Origin: an uncultured delta proteobacterium
GTDB lineage: Bacteria > Myxococcota_A > Polyangia > Polyangiales > Polyangiaceae
Assembly: GCA_963850305.1 (NCBI GenBank)
Contig: CAWKKR010000001.1
Span: 416,001-480,000, forward strand
Direction of reading: 5' to 3'
Length of the DNA stretch: 64,000 bases
In this document: piece after piece, positions 40,711 through 49,770 of the stretch
Layout of the letters: every line of letters starts with the position of its first letter
Position numbering within the stretch: the stretch's first letter is position 1
Translations under genes and position numbers: made by a program
The notes under the pieces: model-generated
Database searches by the model: none
Seen by the model: only the letters and a program-made list of their open reading frames with translations
What the model was told of the DNA's origin: nothing

Positions 40711-41012
40711 GGGGCCTTGCCCCCGCGGCTCGCTTCGCGACCGCTCCCCCGCCGCCTTCGGCGGGCTCGCTCCGCTCGTTTGGCAATGGGGGCCTTGCCC
40801 CCGCGGCTCGCTTCGCGACCGCTCCCCCGCCGCCTTCGGCGGGCTCGCTCCGCTCGTTTGGCAATGGGGGCCTTGCCCCCGCGGCTCGCTTCGCGACCGC
40901 TCCCCCGCCGCCTTCGGCGGGCTCGCTCCGCTCGTTTGGCAATGGGGGCCTTGCCCCCGCGGCTCGCTTCGCGACCGCTCCCCCGCCGCCTTCGGCGGGC
41001 TCGCTCCGCTCG
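40711..41012. repeat. Tandem array of four identical 78-bp hairpin-rich (REP-like) units; the last lacks its final 10 nt
   Basis: Units start at 40711, 40789, 40867 and 40945: ggggccttgcccccgcggctcgcttcgcgaccgctcccccgccgccttcggcgggctcgctccgctcgtttggcaatg. Confidence 0.95.
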
Positions 41013-41013
41013 C

Positions 41014-41070
41014 GTAGTTCCGCGCGCGCTTCGGCCCTGGGGGACGACGCGCGCGTCGATGCGGAACTAC
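41014..41070. terminator. 10-bp inverted repeat between convergent genes (possible terminator or 3' stem)
   Basis: gtagttccgc (41014-41023) and gcggaactac (41061-41070); no U-tract. Confidence 0.35.
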
Positions 41071-41657
41071 TGAACCGGAAACGGATTCGGGAACCAGTTC
41101 AGCCCGACCGTTCGATACACGCTGAATCTCGCGAAGTCGATACCCAGGACGGCGGCGAAGCGATTGTCGTCGTTCTGGTCTCGCGCCGCATCGAGGTTCA
41201 GCGTGATGCCCCAGGGCGCACCGATCGAGAGCGTGCCCCCGTAACCGGGTGCGAACGGCGCGTGATAGCGCTGCATGCTGCCTAGATCCAGCGCCAGACC
41301 CCACGCGCCGCGGACGTAACCGCGCGTCGCGAGGCGCGCATACGCCCCGAAATCGGTTCCGTCATCGAACTGGGTCTGCCAGCGGAGCAAACCTCCAAGG
41401 ACGAACGCGCTTTTCGGGGATGAACCCAGACCCGTGTCGATTTGCAGGACGGGATGAACAACCCGTGACCCCGAGCGATCGAGCAAGGATGCCCCGCTTC
41501 CCGCGAAAAACCACGAGGATACGTCGGCGCGAGCGACACTGGTCACGGACGTCAGCAAGAGACCGGAGAGAATGCCCGCGACGCCCGCGCGTAGATGAAG
41601 CAACACGGCCGCCCCGGTACCACGGAGTCTGCCGCGCCGCACCCGGCGACCGGCCAT
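41067..41657 (-). CDS. Exported hypothetical protein, probably beta-barrel-like
   Basis: Signal ending ARA-D; alternating Gly/aromatic strands. Confidence 0.7.
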   Translation of the reverse strand: MAGRRVRRGRLRGTGAAVLLHLRAGVAGILSGLLLTSVTSVARADVSSWFFAGSGASLLDRSGSRVVHPVLQIDTGLGSSPKSAFVLGGLLRWQTQFDDGTDFGAYARLATRGYVRGAWGLALDLGSMQRYHAPFAPGYGGTLSIGAPWGITLNLDAARDQNDDNRFAAVLGIDFARFSVYRTVGLNWFPNPFPVQ

Positions 41658-41660
41658 CAA

Positions 41661-42365
41661 TCAATCGCGCGCGCGCCCGATCCTGCCGATGATGCGATGG
41701 GCGACGTCTTCGTCGAAAAGGAGCGCGTTGTGGCCGGCGTCCGGGACGACCCAGCGGTCGCCTGCCCCGAACTCGGTATCGGACGGGACGGCCGTGTCAG
41801 CCGTCCCGAAAATGGATAGATGCGGGACGCGGGGCTCGGCCGCGCCAGCGGCGAGCCGGCGCAGCACCGCACTGCCTCGCTGCATATCTCGCCCCGCAGG
41901 GCCCGGCAGAAGCCGCGCGCCACGCGCGCCGTCGAAGGGCGCCGCCACGGATATCGTCTGCGCGACGCGCGGATCGGTCGGGTACTCCTGAACGAACCAG
42001 CGGACTGCAAGGCCACCGAGGCTGTGCCCGACGAGGTGTACCCGGCACGTGCGCGGCAGACGCCGGAGGATGCCCGCGATCGTCTCCGCAATGTCCGTGA
42101 CGCCGAAGCTCGGTGGGTACGTGAACGTCGCCACCCGGGAGCCGAGGCGTTCGAGCCGGTCCCGCAAAGGTCGCCAGGCGCCCGCGGTTGCGAGGGCGCC
42201 GTGTACCAGGATGACCACGTCCTCGCCGTCCCGGATCCCCTTCGGGACACTCGTGTCGAGATCGCGGGGCAGGAGGCTCGCGAGACGTACGAACGCCCGC
42301 GCCTCACGCGTTGCGGCATAGAGTCGGTTCACGGGAACTCTTTCGTCGAGACGTTCCGCATCCAT
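41661..42365 (-). CDS. Alpha/beta-hydrolase (lipase/esterase family)
   Basis: LVHG, GHSLGG nucleophile elbow, D.AVP, GHN.LL. Confidence 0.9.
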   Translation of the reverse strand: MDAERLDERVPVNRLYAATREARAFVRLASLLPRDLDTSVPKGIRDGEDVVILVHGALATAGAWRPLRDRLERLGSRVATFTYPPSFGVTDIAETIAGILRRLPRTCRVHLVGHSLGGLAVRWFVQEYPTDPRVAQTISVAAPFDGARGARLLPGPAGRDMQRGSAVLRRLAAGAAEPRVPHLSIFGTADTAVPSDTEFGAGDRWVVPDAGHNALLFDEDVAHRIIGRIGRARD

Positions 42366-42369
42366 CACG

Positions 42370-42387
42370 CGCTGTTTTATAACAGCG
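42370..42387. promoter_or_regulatory. AT-rich palindrome (candidate operator) between divergent hydrolase and thioesterase genes
   Basis: cgctgtt-ttat-aacagcg. Confidence 0.45.
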
Positions 42388-42441
42388 TGCGGGCGAGGAC
42401 GTCAGTTTTTGGGCAAGCCCGGCGTGAAGAGTTCGATACAG

Positions 42442-42876
42442 ATGGCCACCCGCGACGACTTCGTCCCTCCGGTGCATGCGTTCCGTCACCCGTTCACGGT
42501 GCGGGCGACCGACATCGACGAGCTCGGGCACGCGAACAACGTCGTCTGGGTTCGGTGGGTGAACGAGGCAGCCATCGCCCATTCGCGGTCCGTCGGACTC
42601 GGACCGGACATTTATTTTTCGCTGAAGGTGGTCTGGGTGGTGCGACGGCACGACATCGAATACCTCTCCCCCGCGCTCGAGGGCGAAGAGCTGTACGCGG
42701 TGACCTGGGTGGCCACCGTCCGAGGCGCGACGTCCCTCAGACGGACGCTCATCCTTCGCGACGATCGCCTGCTGGCGCGCGCCGAGACGACCTGGGCGCT
42801 CATCGATACCGAGACCGCACGACCGCGCCGTATCCCGCAGGAGATGATGGCTCGCTATGGCTTCGAGTCAGCGTGA
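42442..42876 (+). CDS. Acyl-CoA thioesterase (4HBT/YbgC hot-dog family)
   Basis: DIDELGHANNV.W, VVRRHDIEYL.P, RPRRIP. Confidence 0.92.
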   Translation: MATRDDFVPPVHAFRHPFTVRATDIDELGHANNVVWVRWVNEAAIAHSRSVGLGPDIYFSLKVVWVVRRHDIEYLSPALEGEELYAVTWVATVRGATSLRRTLILRDDRLLARAETTWALIDTETARPRRIPQEMMARYGFESA

Positions 42877-44895
42877 CGGTGTCCCGGTCTTCCAGTCCGA
42901 CTCTAGAAACCGAGGATCGTTGCCCTTGAGCGCGGCGCGCAGATAGCTGGTCGTGTCCTGGTTGGCGAGGCCAATGGCCGTCAGGCCATCGGGCGTGAAC
43001 GACAGATCCTCGGGCAACGCCGGAAACGACGCGGTCGAGCCATTCCAGGCCACGACGTCCACCGTCGTGCCCGCGGAGTTACAGCTACCAAAACAAAGTC
43101 GCACCGACCCAGCCAGATCACCGGTGTTCGCGATCGGAACTCCCGTGCTGATGTCACCCGTCTGGTTCGGCGGCTCGGAGAGATAAACGGTAGCCCCGCT
43201 TCCGAGCAGGCGCGAATCGAGGACGGATTCGATCGACGTCGAGACGCCCTGAGTCTGGAAGTTGACCTGAAACGGCTGAATGCCGACCGCGCAATCCGCG
43301 TGGTTCTTCATCGTGATGTAATCGGCATCACCGACGAAGACTTCCTCGAGCCGGACGCCGAAGGGCACGTTCGGCGTGCCCGTGCAGAAATCACCGCCGG
43401 TGAAGTTCGGATATTTCCCGGTGGTCCCGACGCGAACCCAGCTCTTGGTATCCTGGTTCGCTGCATTGATGCCCGTCAGCGGAAACGCGAACGTCACGGG
43501 CGCTGGCGGCGCTGGCGGCGGGTCGAGCGTCGAGGGATCACCGTCGGCGAAGGACACGACGTCGAGCACGTTCGTTCCCGTCGAACAGTCGCCCTTGCAC
43601 AGGAGCACGGAGCCGCCACGGTCGTACTCGAACGGGATGTCGCCCCCGGCGTCGATCGCGCCGGGCGTGGACGCGCCGAGGTTCTCCTGGATCCGCAGCT
43701 GATCCCCGGGCGCGAGCGTCACACCCGACAGGGGCGTCGTGAGCCCGGCCGCCACGCTGTCATCGAAGAAGACGTTCGCCGACGAGAGGTCCGCGGGACA
43801 GTCGGACATGTTCCGGAGCACCACGTAGTCCGTCGTGCCGATGCCGAGCTCGACGATACGCACTCCGTCGAGACCTTCGCACACCGCCGACACGCCCAGC
43901 GAATAGGTACCCTTGTCCGAGGCGCCTGCCCCATCGACGACGGCGTAGTAAGTCCCCGCTGCGAGATCGGGGAATGTCATCGATTCGTGTCCGACCGCGG
44001 TGTTCGAACACGCATCACCGCCCGGCTCGTTCAGCACGTAGCTCGGGTTACACGCGGTCGTGTACGTCCGGAGAATACCGTCGAAGTTCGCGTTGAGCGT
44101 GAGAGTCACGGTTCGCGCGCGATCGAGCGTGAAGGAATAGAGGGCATCGGGCCCGGCGCCGGCGACGCTTTCGTCACATTGCGCGGGAAGGACGCGGCTC
44201 ACCGCGTCGGAGGTATCCCCCGTGATGCTTCCCGCTGCGGTGCCCGTACCAGCGAGAGTGATCGGCGTCGCGGTCCCACAGGTGTTTTCCAGTTTGCACT
44301 TCGAGCTGCAGCCGTCCCCGCTCGTTTCGTTACCGTCGTCGCACTGCTCGCCGGCCACGTTGATGACTCCGTCACCACAGCGCGGTGCGGCGCCCGAGCC
44401 CGCGTCAGCGGCGCCTCCGCTGGCAGCGCCCCCACCGGCTCCGCTGGTGCCGCCGTTGGCCGACGTGCCACCCGCCGAGGCAGTACCGCCGCCAGCGGAC
44501 GCGCCGCCGGTGCCAGAAGCGCCGCCGCTACCGGTCGAGCCACCGCTCTCGGTGCCGGCCGAGCCATCTGTGGATGCATCACTCGTGGGGCCTCCATCCA
44601 GTTGCAAGCCGGCATCGGTCCCGCCGTTCCCGGGCGCACCGCCCACTTCCTCGAAGCCACCTGTGCCGGGCGAGAAGCCACCCGCGCCGAACGTCAGGCC
44701 ACCCGCGCCGACAGCCCCTCCGCTATCGAACACGGAGGTGCCGCCCGCGACGGCAAATCCGCCGCCCTGGTCGGTGCCGCCGCTCCCCGTGAAGAAGCCA
44801 CCGGCGCCGCCGTTTTCGCCGTTGGAGCTTTTGTTGCCGGAACCACAACCGGCAACCAGACCGACGAGACTCACGAACAAAGCAAGACGGCGCAT
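42868..44895 (-). CDS. Surface lipoprotein: Gly-rich linker, myxobacterial Cys-rich repeat, PPC-like domain and two lamin-tail-like repeats
   Basis: Lipobox VAGC; CGDGVIN..GEQCDDGN..SGDGCS..C; LAAGTYYAVVDG; two internal repeats starting VRIVEL and VRLEEV. Confidence 0.85.
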   Translation of the reverse strand: MRRLALFVSLVGLVAGCGSGNKSSNGENGGAGGFFTGSGGTDQGGGFAVAGGTSVFDSGGAVGAGGLTFGAGGFSPGTGGFEEVGGAPGNGGTDAGLQLDGGPTSDASTDGSAGTESGGSTGSGGASGTGGASAGGGTASAGGTSANGGTSGAGGGAASGGAADAGSGAAPRCGDGVINVAGEQCDDGNETSGDGCSSKCKLENTCGTATPITLAGTGTAAGSITGDTSDAVSRVLPAQCDESVAGAGPDALYSFTLDRARTVTLTLNANFDGILRTYTTACNPSYVLNEPGGDACSNTAVGHESMTFPDLAAGTYYAVVDGAGASDKGTYSLGVSAVCEGLDGVRIVELGIGTTDYVVLRNMSDCPADLSSANVFFDDSVAAGLTTPLSGVTLAPGDQLRIQENLGASTPGAIDAGGDIPFEYDRGGSVLLCKGDCSTGTNVLDVVSFADGDPSTLDPPPAPPAPVTFAFPLTGINAANQDTKSWVRVGTTGKYPNFTGGDFCTGTPNVPFGVRLEEVFVGDADYITMKNHADCAVGIQPFQVNFQTQGVSTSIESVLDSRLLGSGATVYLSEPPNQTGDISTGVPIANTGDLAGSVRLCFGSCNSAGTTVDVVAWNGSTASFPALPEDLSFTPDGLTAIGLANQDTTSYLRAALKGNDPRFLESDWKTGTPSR

Positions 44896-45079
44896 GTCTA
44901 TCTTTCTCGAGGACGCGGATCCGAGAACGGATCGAACAGTTTTGTCACCGACCACGCGCGGCGGTCAAGCGTCCGGCGCGCCGTCCGCGGTCTTCCAGGC
45001 CCGAGCTACGGGGTCGCCAGACCTCGAGATCTCGGCGGCTCCTCGAGCGAACGACGGTGGCGTCGAGTCGCCCTCCGAC

Positions 45080-45655
45080 TCAGCCCAGATCGAGTGCCAG
45101 TTCCGCTAGCGTCCCGGGAGAAATGTCCGCCCGCGCGCGATAAGCCGGGTGCTCGACGCCGATGACGATTCTCGCCTTGCCCGTCCGTGCGGCGACGGCA
45201 GACTCCGGCGAGAGCGGAAACTTGGCGTAGTGCACGGCAGTGGTACGACCGGGCAAGATCCCGCGGCTCTCGTTGCGCACGGCATTTCGCTCCCCCGCGA
45301 CCTCGATGAAAAACTTGTCTTCGACTCCGGCGAGAGCGGCGAGCATGCGCTCCCGCTCGTCCGGGTCCGGATACTCGACGAAGATCGTCGCGCTGAGCTC
45401 GTTCGTGGCTGGAACGAGCTCATTGTAGGTCTCGAGTTCGTGGAGAACGGCGTCCTCACGCGTGATGCGTTCCGTCCGGAGCATCTCCTGAACCTGGCAG
45501 AGCACGGTGTCGCGATTCTCGAAGAGCACCATCATGTTGGCGCCGAGAGCGACGCGACGCAGTGTCTTCAGCCCGATGATGCGCCGCCGGAAATGTTCGC
45601 GGATCTGCTCGTAGCTCGCCAGGTCCAGGATTTCACTTCGTTCGACGCGCTTCAT
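45080..45655 (-). CDS. DUF3501-family protein
   Basis: K..RRV.LG, FEN..TV..QVQEMLR.E, ELETYN.LVP, L.AT.F.E, AVHY.KF, HP.Y. Confidence 0.9.
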   Translation of the reverse strand: MKRVERSEILDLASYEQIREHFRRRIIGLKTLRRVALGANMMVLFENRDTVLCQVQEMLRTERITREDAVLHELETYNELVPATNELSATIFVEYPDPDERERMLAALAGVEDKFFIEVAGERNAVRNESRGILPGRTTAVHYAKFPLSPESAVAARTGKARIVIGVEHPAYRARADISPGTLAELALDLG

Positions 45656-46126
45656 GTTCGTCGTTCGAGACTAACGCGGGAGATAACCTTCTGACACTCC
45701 CTCGCGGAAACGCCCTTGCCGCCCCCGCGGAACGGGCCTGCCTCTCGCACGTCGAGGAGGACGGGGTGACGCGGCTCATCGGCATGCTGCTGCCATGCGG
45801 CCTCGGACGAAGCGGAGCACCCGGGGCGAGAAACGCATCGCCGATGGCGTCGCAGGTTGGCGAATCGTTCCGAGCAAGGCATGCACCCTTTGCAACGCCC
45901 GCGCCGCAATTGCGCATGACGAGGGGCGCCTGACAGCGGGTGATGACTCGCCGGAGGCTCCGTTGGCGATCCGGGCACCGGCTCGCTTCTTGCTCAGGTG
46001 CGAATCGTGGACGCCCGCTCAGGGTAGCCCAGATCCCTGGCGTTGCTGACGCGAGCGAGAAATTCGTCCAGGACGCGACCTTCCGTGACGTCCAGAGAAA
46101 CACCAGAGAGCCCTACGGAGAACAGC

Positions 46127-46594
46127 ATGAACATCGACATCGGTATCGAGGCGAACAAGCGGCAGGAAATCGCGAGCGGCCTATCCCGCGTGCTCGCCGA
46201 CACCTACACGCTCTACCTGAAGACCCACAATTTCCACTGGAACGTCACCGGGCCGATGTTCCAGACGCTGCACCTCATGTTCGAAGTTCAGTACAACGAA
46301 CTCTGGCTCGCGGTCGACCTCGTGGCGGAACGGATCCGTGCCCTCGGGTTCCCGGCGCCGGGCACTTATCGCCAACTTGCCGCGCTCTCGTCGATCAAGG
46401 ACGACGAGGGAGTGCCGCAGGCCCAGGACATGATCCGGAAGCTCGTCGAGGGACATGAGACGGTCGCGCGAACCGCTCGCGCCACTTTCAAGACAGCGGA
46501 GGACAGCAACGACCAGCCCACCTGCGACCTGCTCACCCAGCGCATGCAGATCCACGAGAAGACGGCATGGATGCTGCGCAGCCTGCTCGAGTGA
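46127..46594 (+). CDS. dps: Dps (DNA-binding ferritin-like protein)
   Basis: [48 protein letters not shown]. Confidence 0.97.
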   Translation: MNIDIGIEANKRQEIASGLSRVLADTYTLYLKTHNFHWNVTGPMFQTLHLMFEVQYNELWLAVDLVAERIRALGFPAPGTYRQLAALSSIKDDEGVPQAQDMIRKLVEGHETVARTARATFKTAEDSNDQPTCDLLTQRMQIHEKTAWMLRSLLE

Positions 46595-46693
46595 GGAACC
46601 AATCAGGCAGCCGAGCGTAAGGAACCGAGCGTCCGGCGCCGCGTCGGGGAGCTCCGGGGTGGACTCCCCGTGTCACGCTTCTTGCACCCACGC

Positions 46694-48010
46694 CTAGCTC
46701 AGGTCGAGTTCATAAGCCTTCGCCAGGGCGACGATCGGGTGGAGCATCTCGATCTGCCGCTCCTTCAGGACGCGAAGCCCGGCGAGACTGCAGTCTCCCA
46801 CAACGTGATCCGGAACCTCGGCATCAAGCTCCAGAACTAACTTCTGCGCGTAGCGTGCCCCTTCTTCGTAATGCTTTGCCTTCATACCCCAGGTGCCGTC
46901 CACCGCGGAGCATTGCTCCACAATCCGGACCTCCGTATCCGGCAGGCGCGAGAGCACGCGTGCGCCTGGAAGCGCGATCTTCTGCGCGCGGAGATGGCAG
47001 GCCGCGTGATAGGCGACCTTGCCGAGGCCGCGCTTGAAATCCTTCTCGAGCTTCTTTTCTTGCCTCAGCTTGTCGAGAAACTGCATCAAGTCGAGCACCG
47101 CCGCCGACACGGCGCCCGCCGCTCCCGTACCGACGTACACCGGCCATTCCTTTTTCATCGTGTAGCCGCACGTGGGGCCGGGCACGACGATCGGAACACC
47201 CCGCCGCACGAAGGGTTCCAGGGACTCGACGTTTGCCGACATCTTCTGCGTCGCGGCCTCCACGTCGCCGCCATCCAGGTTCGGCATGCCGCAACACGTG
47301 AGACCTTCCGGCAAGCGGACGGCATAGCCGTTGTGCTCGAGCACGCGCACCGCCGCGCGTGGCATCTCGGGAAAATTGTAGCTCCCATAACACGTCGGGA
47401 AGAGAGCCACTTCGCCGCGCGTGCCGGACTCGGCGAGCGGCGTGTGGTCACGCATCCAGCCCTCGAACGGATGCCGAGCAACGGGGGGTAACGGAAAGTC
47501 CGCGGAAATCCCCGTGACCTTCTCCGCCGCTTTCCGGACGAGGCGGTTCGCGTTGACGATATTCGCCAGCGGCGCGGCTGCGCCCGCCGACAGCGCGCCG
47601 ATGAGGGCGGGCTCCCCGAGGATGCGATCGACGAGCGGGATGCCCTCCCTTCGCGCGCGCTGGGCTTTTTCTCGCGCCATCAAGCGCGGAAAGTCGAGCA
47701 GTTCCCCCGCGCCCTCGTCCGCCGTGTACGGACATTTGATGTAACACAGCTTGCACTGCCAGCAGTGATCGCTCACCGCGGCGATCGTTCCTGCGTCTGC
47801 AAGCTCCGCCCCCTCGGCGCGGCCCGAATCAACCTCGCGATCGATCGCACCAAACAGGATCGGGAACGAGCCGCAGTAGCCCACGCACATCCGGCACTCG
47901 TGGCAGACCTGAAATGTCCGGAGCAGCTCCGACCCCAGGTCCTCCGGGTCCCAGTAGCGTTCCTCGCGAGGGTTCCACTCGGGCGCCCGCACGGGCTTTC
48001 TCGCCATCAT
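46694..48010 (-). CDS. Rubrerythrin-associated Fe-S oxidoreductase (GlpC/HdrD-like, CCG domains)
   Basis: CHECRMC...C, CWQCKLC...CPY, CCGMP, PTC, YH.ACHLRAQ, CS..DGTWG. Confidence 0.9.
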   Translation of the reverse strand: MMARKPVRAPEWNPREERYWDPEDLGSELLRTFQVCHECRMCVGYCGSFPILFGAIDREVDSGRAEGAELADAGTIAAVSDHCWQCKLCYIKCPYTADEGAGELLDFPRLMAREKAQRARREGIPLVDRILGEPALIGALSAGAAAPLANIVNANRLVRKAAEKVTGISADFPLPPVARHPFEGWMRDHTPLAESGTRGEVALFPTCYGSYNFPEMPRAAVRVLEHNGYAVRLPEGLTCCGMPNLDGGDVEAATQKMSANVESLEPFVRRGVPIVVPGPTCGYTMKKEWPVYVGTGAAGAVSAAVLDLMQFLDKLRQEKKLEKDFKRGLGKVAYHAACHLRAQKIALPGARVLSRLPDTEVRIVEQCSAVDGTWGMKAKHYEEGARYAQKLVLELDAEVPDHVVGDCSLAGLRVLKERQIEMLHPIVALAKAYELDLS

Positions 48011-48020
48011 GAGGATAGAC

Positions 48021-48047
48021 GCGCGCCCCACGGATTGCGGGGCGCGC
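48021..48047 (-). other. 9-bp GC stem-loop between rubrerythrin and the Fe-S oxidoreductase
   Basis: gcgcgcccc-N9-ggggcgcgc. Confidence 0.55.
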
Positions 48048-48062
48048 TAATCCCGGAACCCT

Positions 48063-48485
48063 TCAATCGAGCAAGGACTTCGCCGCCTTGTCGAACCGAC
48101 CGGCGTGGGATTTCTCTGCCTTTGCGAGCGTCTCGAACCATTCGGCAATGTCGGTGAAGCCTTCTTCACGCGCCGTCTTTGCCATGCCCGGGTACATGGT
48201 CTCGTACTCGTGCGTTTCTCCGGCTACGGCAGCCTTGAGGTTCTTGAGCGTCGGACCGATCGGCAGGCCCGTCGCTGGGTCGCCGACGGACTTGAGAAAG
48301 TCCAGGTGCCCGTGCGCGTGCCCCGTCTCGCCGTCGGCCGTGTCCTTGAAGAGGCCTGCAACCTCTGGATAGCCCTCCACGTCCGCCACCTTCGCGAAAT
48401 AGAGATAACGACGGTTCGCCTGGGACTCACCCGCGAACGCGTCCTTGAGATTCTGGTGCGTCTTCGTGCCTTCGAGCTTCGCCAT
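48063..48485 (-). CDS. rbr: Short-chain rubrerythrin (no rubredoxin domain)
   Basis: NLK.AFAGESQANRRYLYFA, ETGHAHGH, GETHEY..MYP, AEKSHA; strong GGAGGAG ribosome-binding site. Confidence 0.95.
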   Translation of the reverse strand: MAKLEGTKTHQNLKDAFAGESQANRRYLYFAKVADVEGYPEVAGLFKDTADGETGHAHGHLDFLKSVGDPATGLPIGPTLKNLKAAVAGETHEYETMYPGMAKTAREEGFTDIAEWFETLAKAEKSHAGRFDKAAKSLLD

Positions 48486-48530
48486 CTCACTCCTCCGAAC
48501 CGAGCGCCCGTCCGGGCACTCAAGGTCATC

Positions 48531-48558
48531 ACCATAGAGTGTTCCCGTGACGGGTCAA
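48531..48558 (-). promoter_or_regulatory. Candidate sigma70-type promoter for rbr with an overlapping 11-bp palindrome
   Basis: TTGACC-N16-TATGGT on the minus strand; cccgtgacggg at 48544-48554. Confidence 0.45.
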
Positions 48559-48603
48559 CCTGGGAAAGTGCATGCTCCTGATCCCGGCCTCGGCGAGGGG
48601 GCA

Positions 48604-49677
48604 TCAAACTCGCCCGGACGCGATGTGCTCCGCCGCCTTGTTCGCGAGCGCATGAACGCCCATGATCATGATGGCGAAACGTTCGTCCTTGGTGAGCCCT
48701 TGCTTGTAACGGTAATAGATCTGCTGGATCACGACTGCCGTCTTGAACATCCCGAACACGTAGTAATAAAGAGGATTCCCGACGTCGCGACCCGACGCGC
48801 GGGCGTATCGCTCCGCGATTTCGGCGCGGGTCAGTGCGCCGGGTTCCGTCGTGGGTCCCCATTTCATGATCTGGAGCGCGTCCCCGTCGCCGGGCTCGAC
48901 CCAGTATCCGAGGAGCGTGCCGAGGTCCATCAGCGGATCTCCGAGCGTGGACATCTCCCAGTCGAGCACGCCGACGATCCGCGTGAGGTCGTTCGAGTCG
49001 AGGACGACGTTGTCTAGCTTGTAATCGTTGTGGAGCAGCGCCGAGCCGCTCTCGTCCGGCAAGTGCTCGGCGAGCCATCTCGCAACTTCGGTGACCGCCG
49101 GGATGTCGTCCGTGCACGAGTCCGTGTAGCGCTTGGTCCAGCCCGTCACCTGGCGCTCCACGTATCCTTCGGGCTTTCCGAGGTCGCCCAGGCCAGCTCG
49201 CTGATAGTCGACCGCATGGATGCGGGCGAGATTGTCGACCAGATTCAGCTGCAGCGTGCGGAGCACGTCGGGCGACAGCGTCATCGACGGCGGGAGCGAC
49301 TTGCGGATGATGACACCGCGAAGCCGCCGCATCATGTAGAACCTGGCGCCGATGACGCTCTCGTCTTCGCACATGACGACGGCCTCCGGGGCCAGCGGGT
49401 AAGCGGCGTGGAGCTTCGATAAAATCCGATACTCGCGCCCCATGTCATGAGCGCTCTTCACCTTGCTCCCGAACGGGGGCCGGCGAAGCACGTACTCATG
49501 GCCCGCCGCTCGCACGGCGTAGGTGAGGTTCGAGTGTCCGCTCGGGAATTGCTCGACGGTGACGGTGCCGTCCGCACCGATTTCCGGCACGGACTGCCGC
49601 AAGTACGCGGTGAGCCCCTCGACATCGAGCTCCTCCCCTTCGCGCACGCTCCGCGGGCGGTCGATGAAATCGTTCAT
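48604..49677 (-). CDS. APH-like phosphotransferase family protein (ACAD10/11 N-terminal type)
   Basis: [48 protein letters not shown]. Confidence 0.92.
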   Translation of the reverse strand: MNDFIDRPRSVREGEELDVEGLTAYLRQSVPEIGADGTVTVEQFPSGHSNLTYAVRAAGHEYVLRRPPFGSKVKSAHDMGREYRILSKLHAAYPLAPEAVVMCEDESVIGARFYMMRRLRGVIIRKSLPPSMTLSPDVLRTLQLNLVDNLARIHAVDYQRAGLGDLGKPEGYVERQVTGWTKRYTDSCTDDIPAVTEVARWLAEHLPDESGSALLHNDYKLDNVVLDSNDLTRIVGVLDWEMSTLGDPLMDLGTLLGYWVEPGDGDALQIMKWGPTTEPGALTRAEIAERYARASGRDVGNPLYYYVFGMFKTAVVIQQIYYRYKQGLTKDERFAIMIMGVHALANKAAEHIASGRV

Positions 49678-49770
49678 GGGCCTCCGAGGGTACACTCGTC
49701 GAGGCGGTCCACCGAGCGCATTTCGGGGCCCGTGCCGGCCGTTCGGCACTGATGGTACTAGAGAGCAACG

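Noticed and set aside
40711..41012. CRISPR array
   Set aside because: Units are identical end to end, with no variable spacers, and no cas genes are in the window.
40436..41304. Repeat-containing ORFs (40436..40942, 40678..41073, 40699..41304)
   Set aside because: They are open only because the 78-bp unit is a multiple of three and stop-poor; they overlap real genes.
42372..42385. LexA SOS box
   Set aside because: CTGT-N6-ACAG has the wrong spacing for the CTGT-N8-ACAG box, and the flanking genes are not repair genes.
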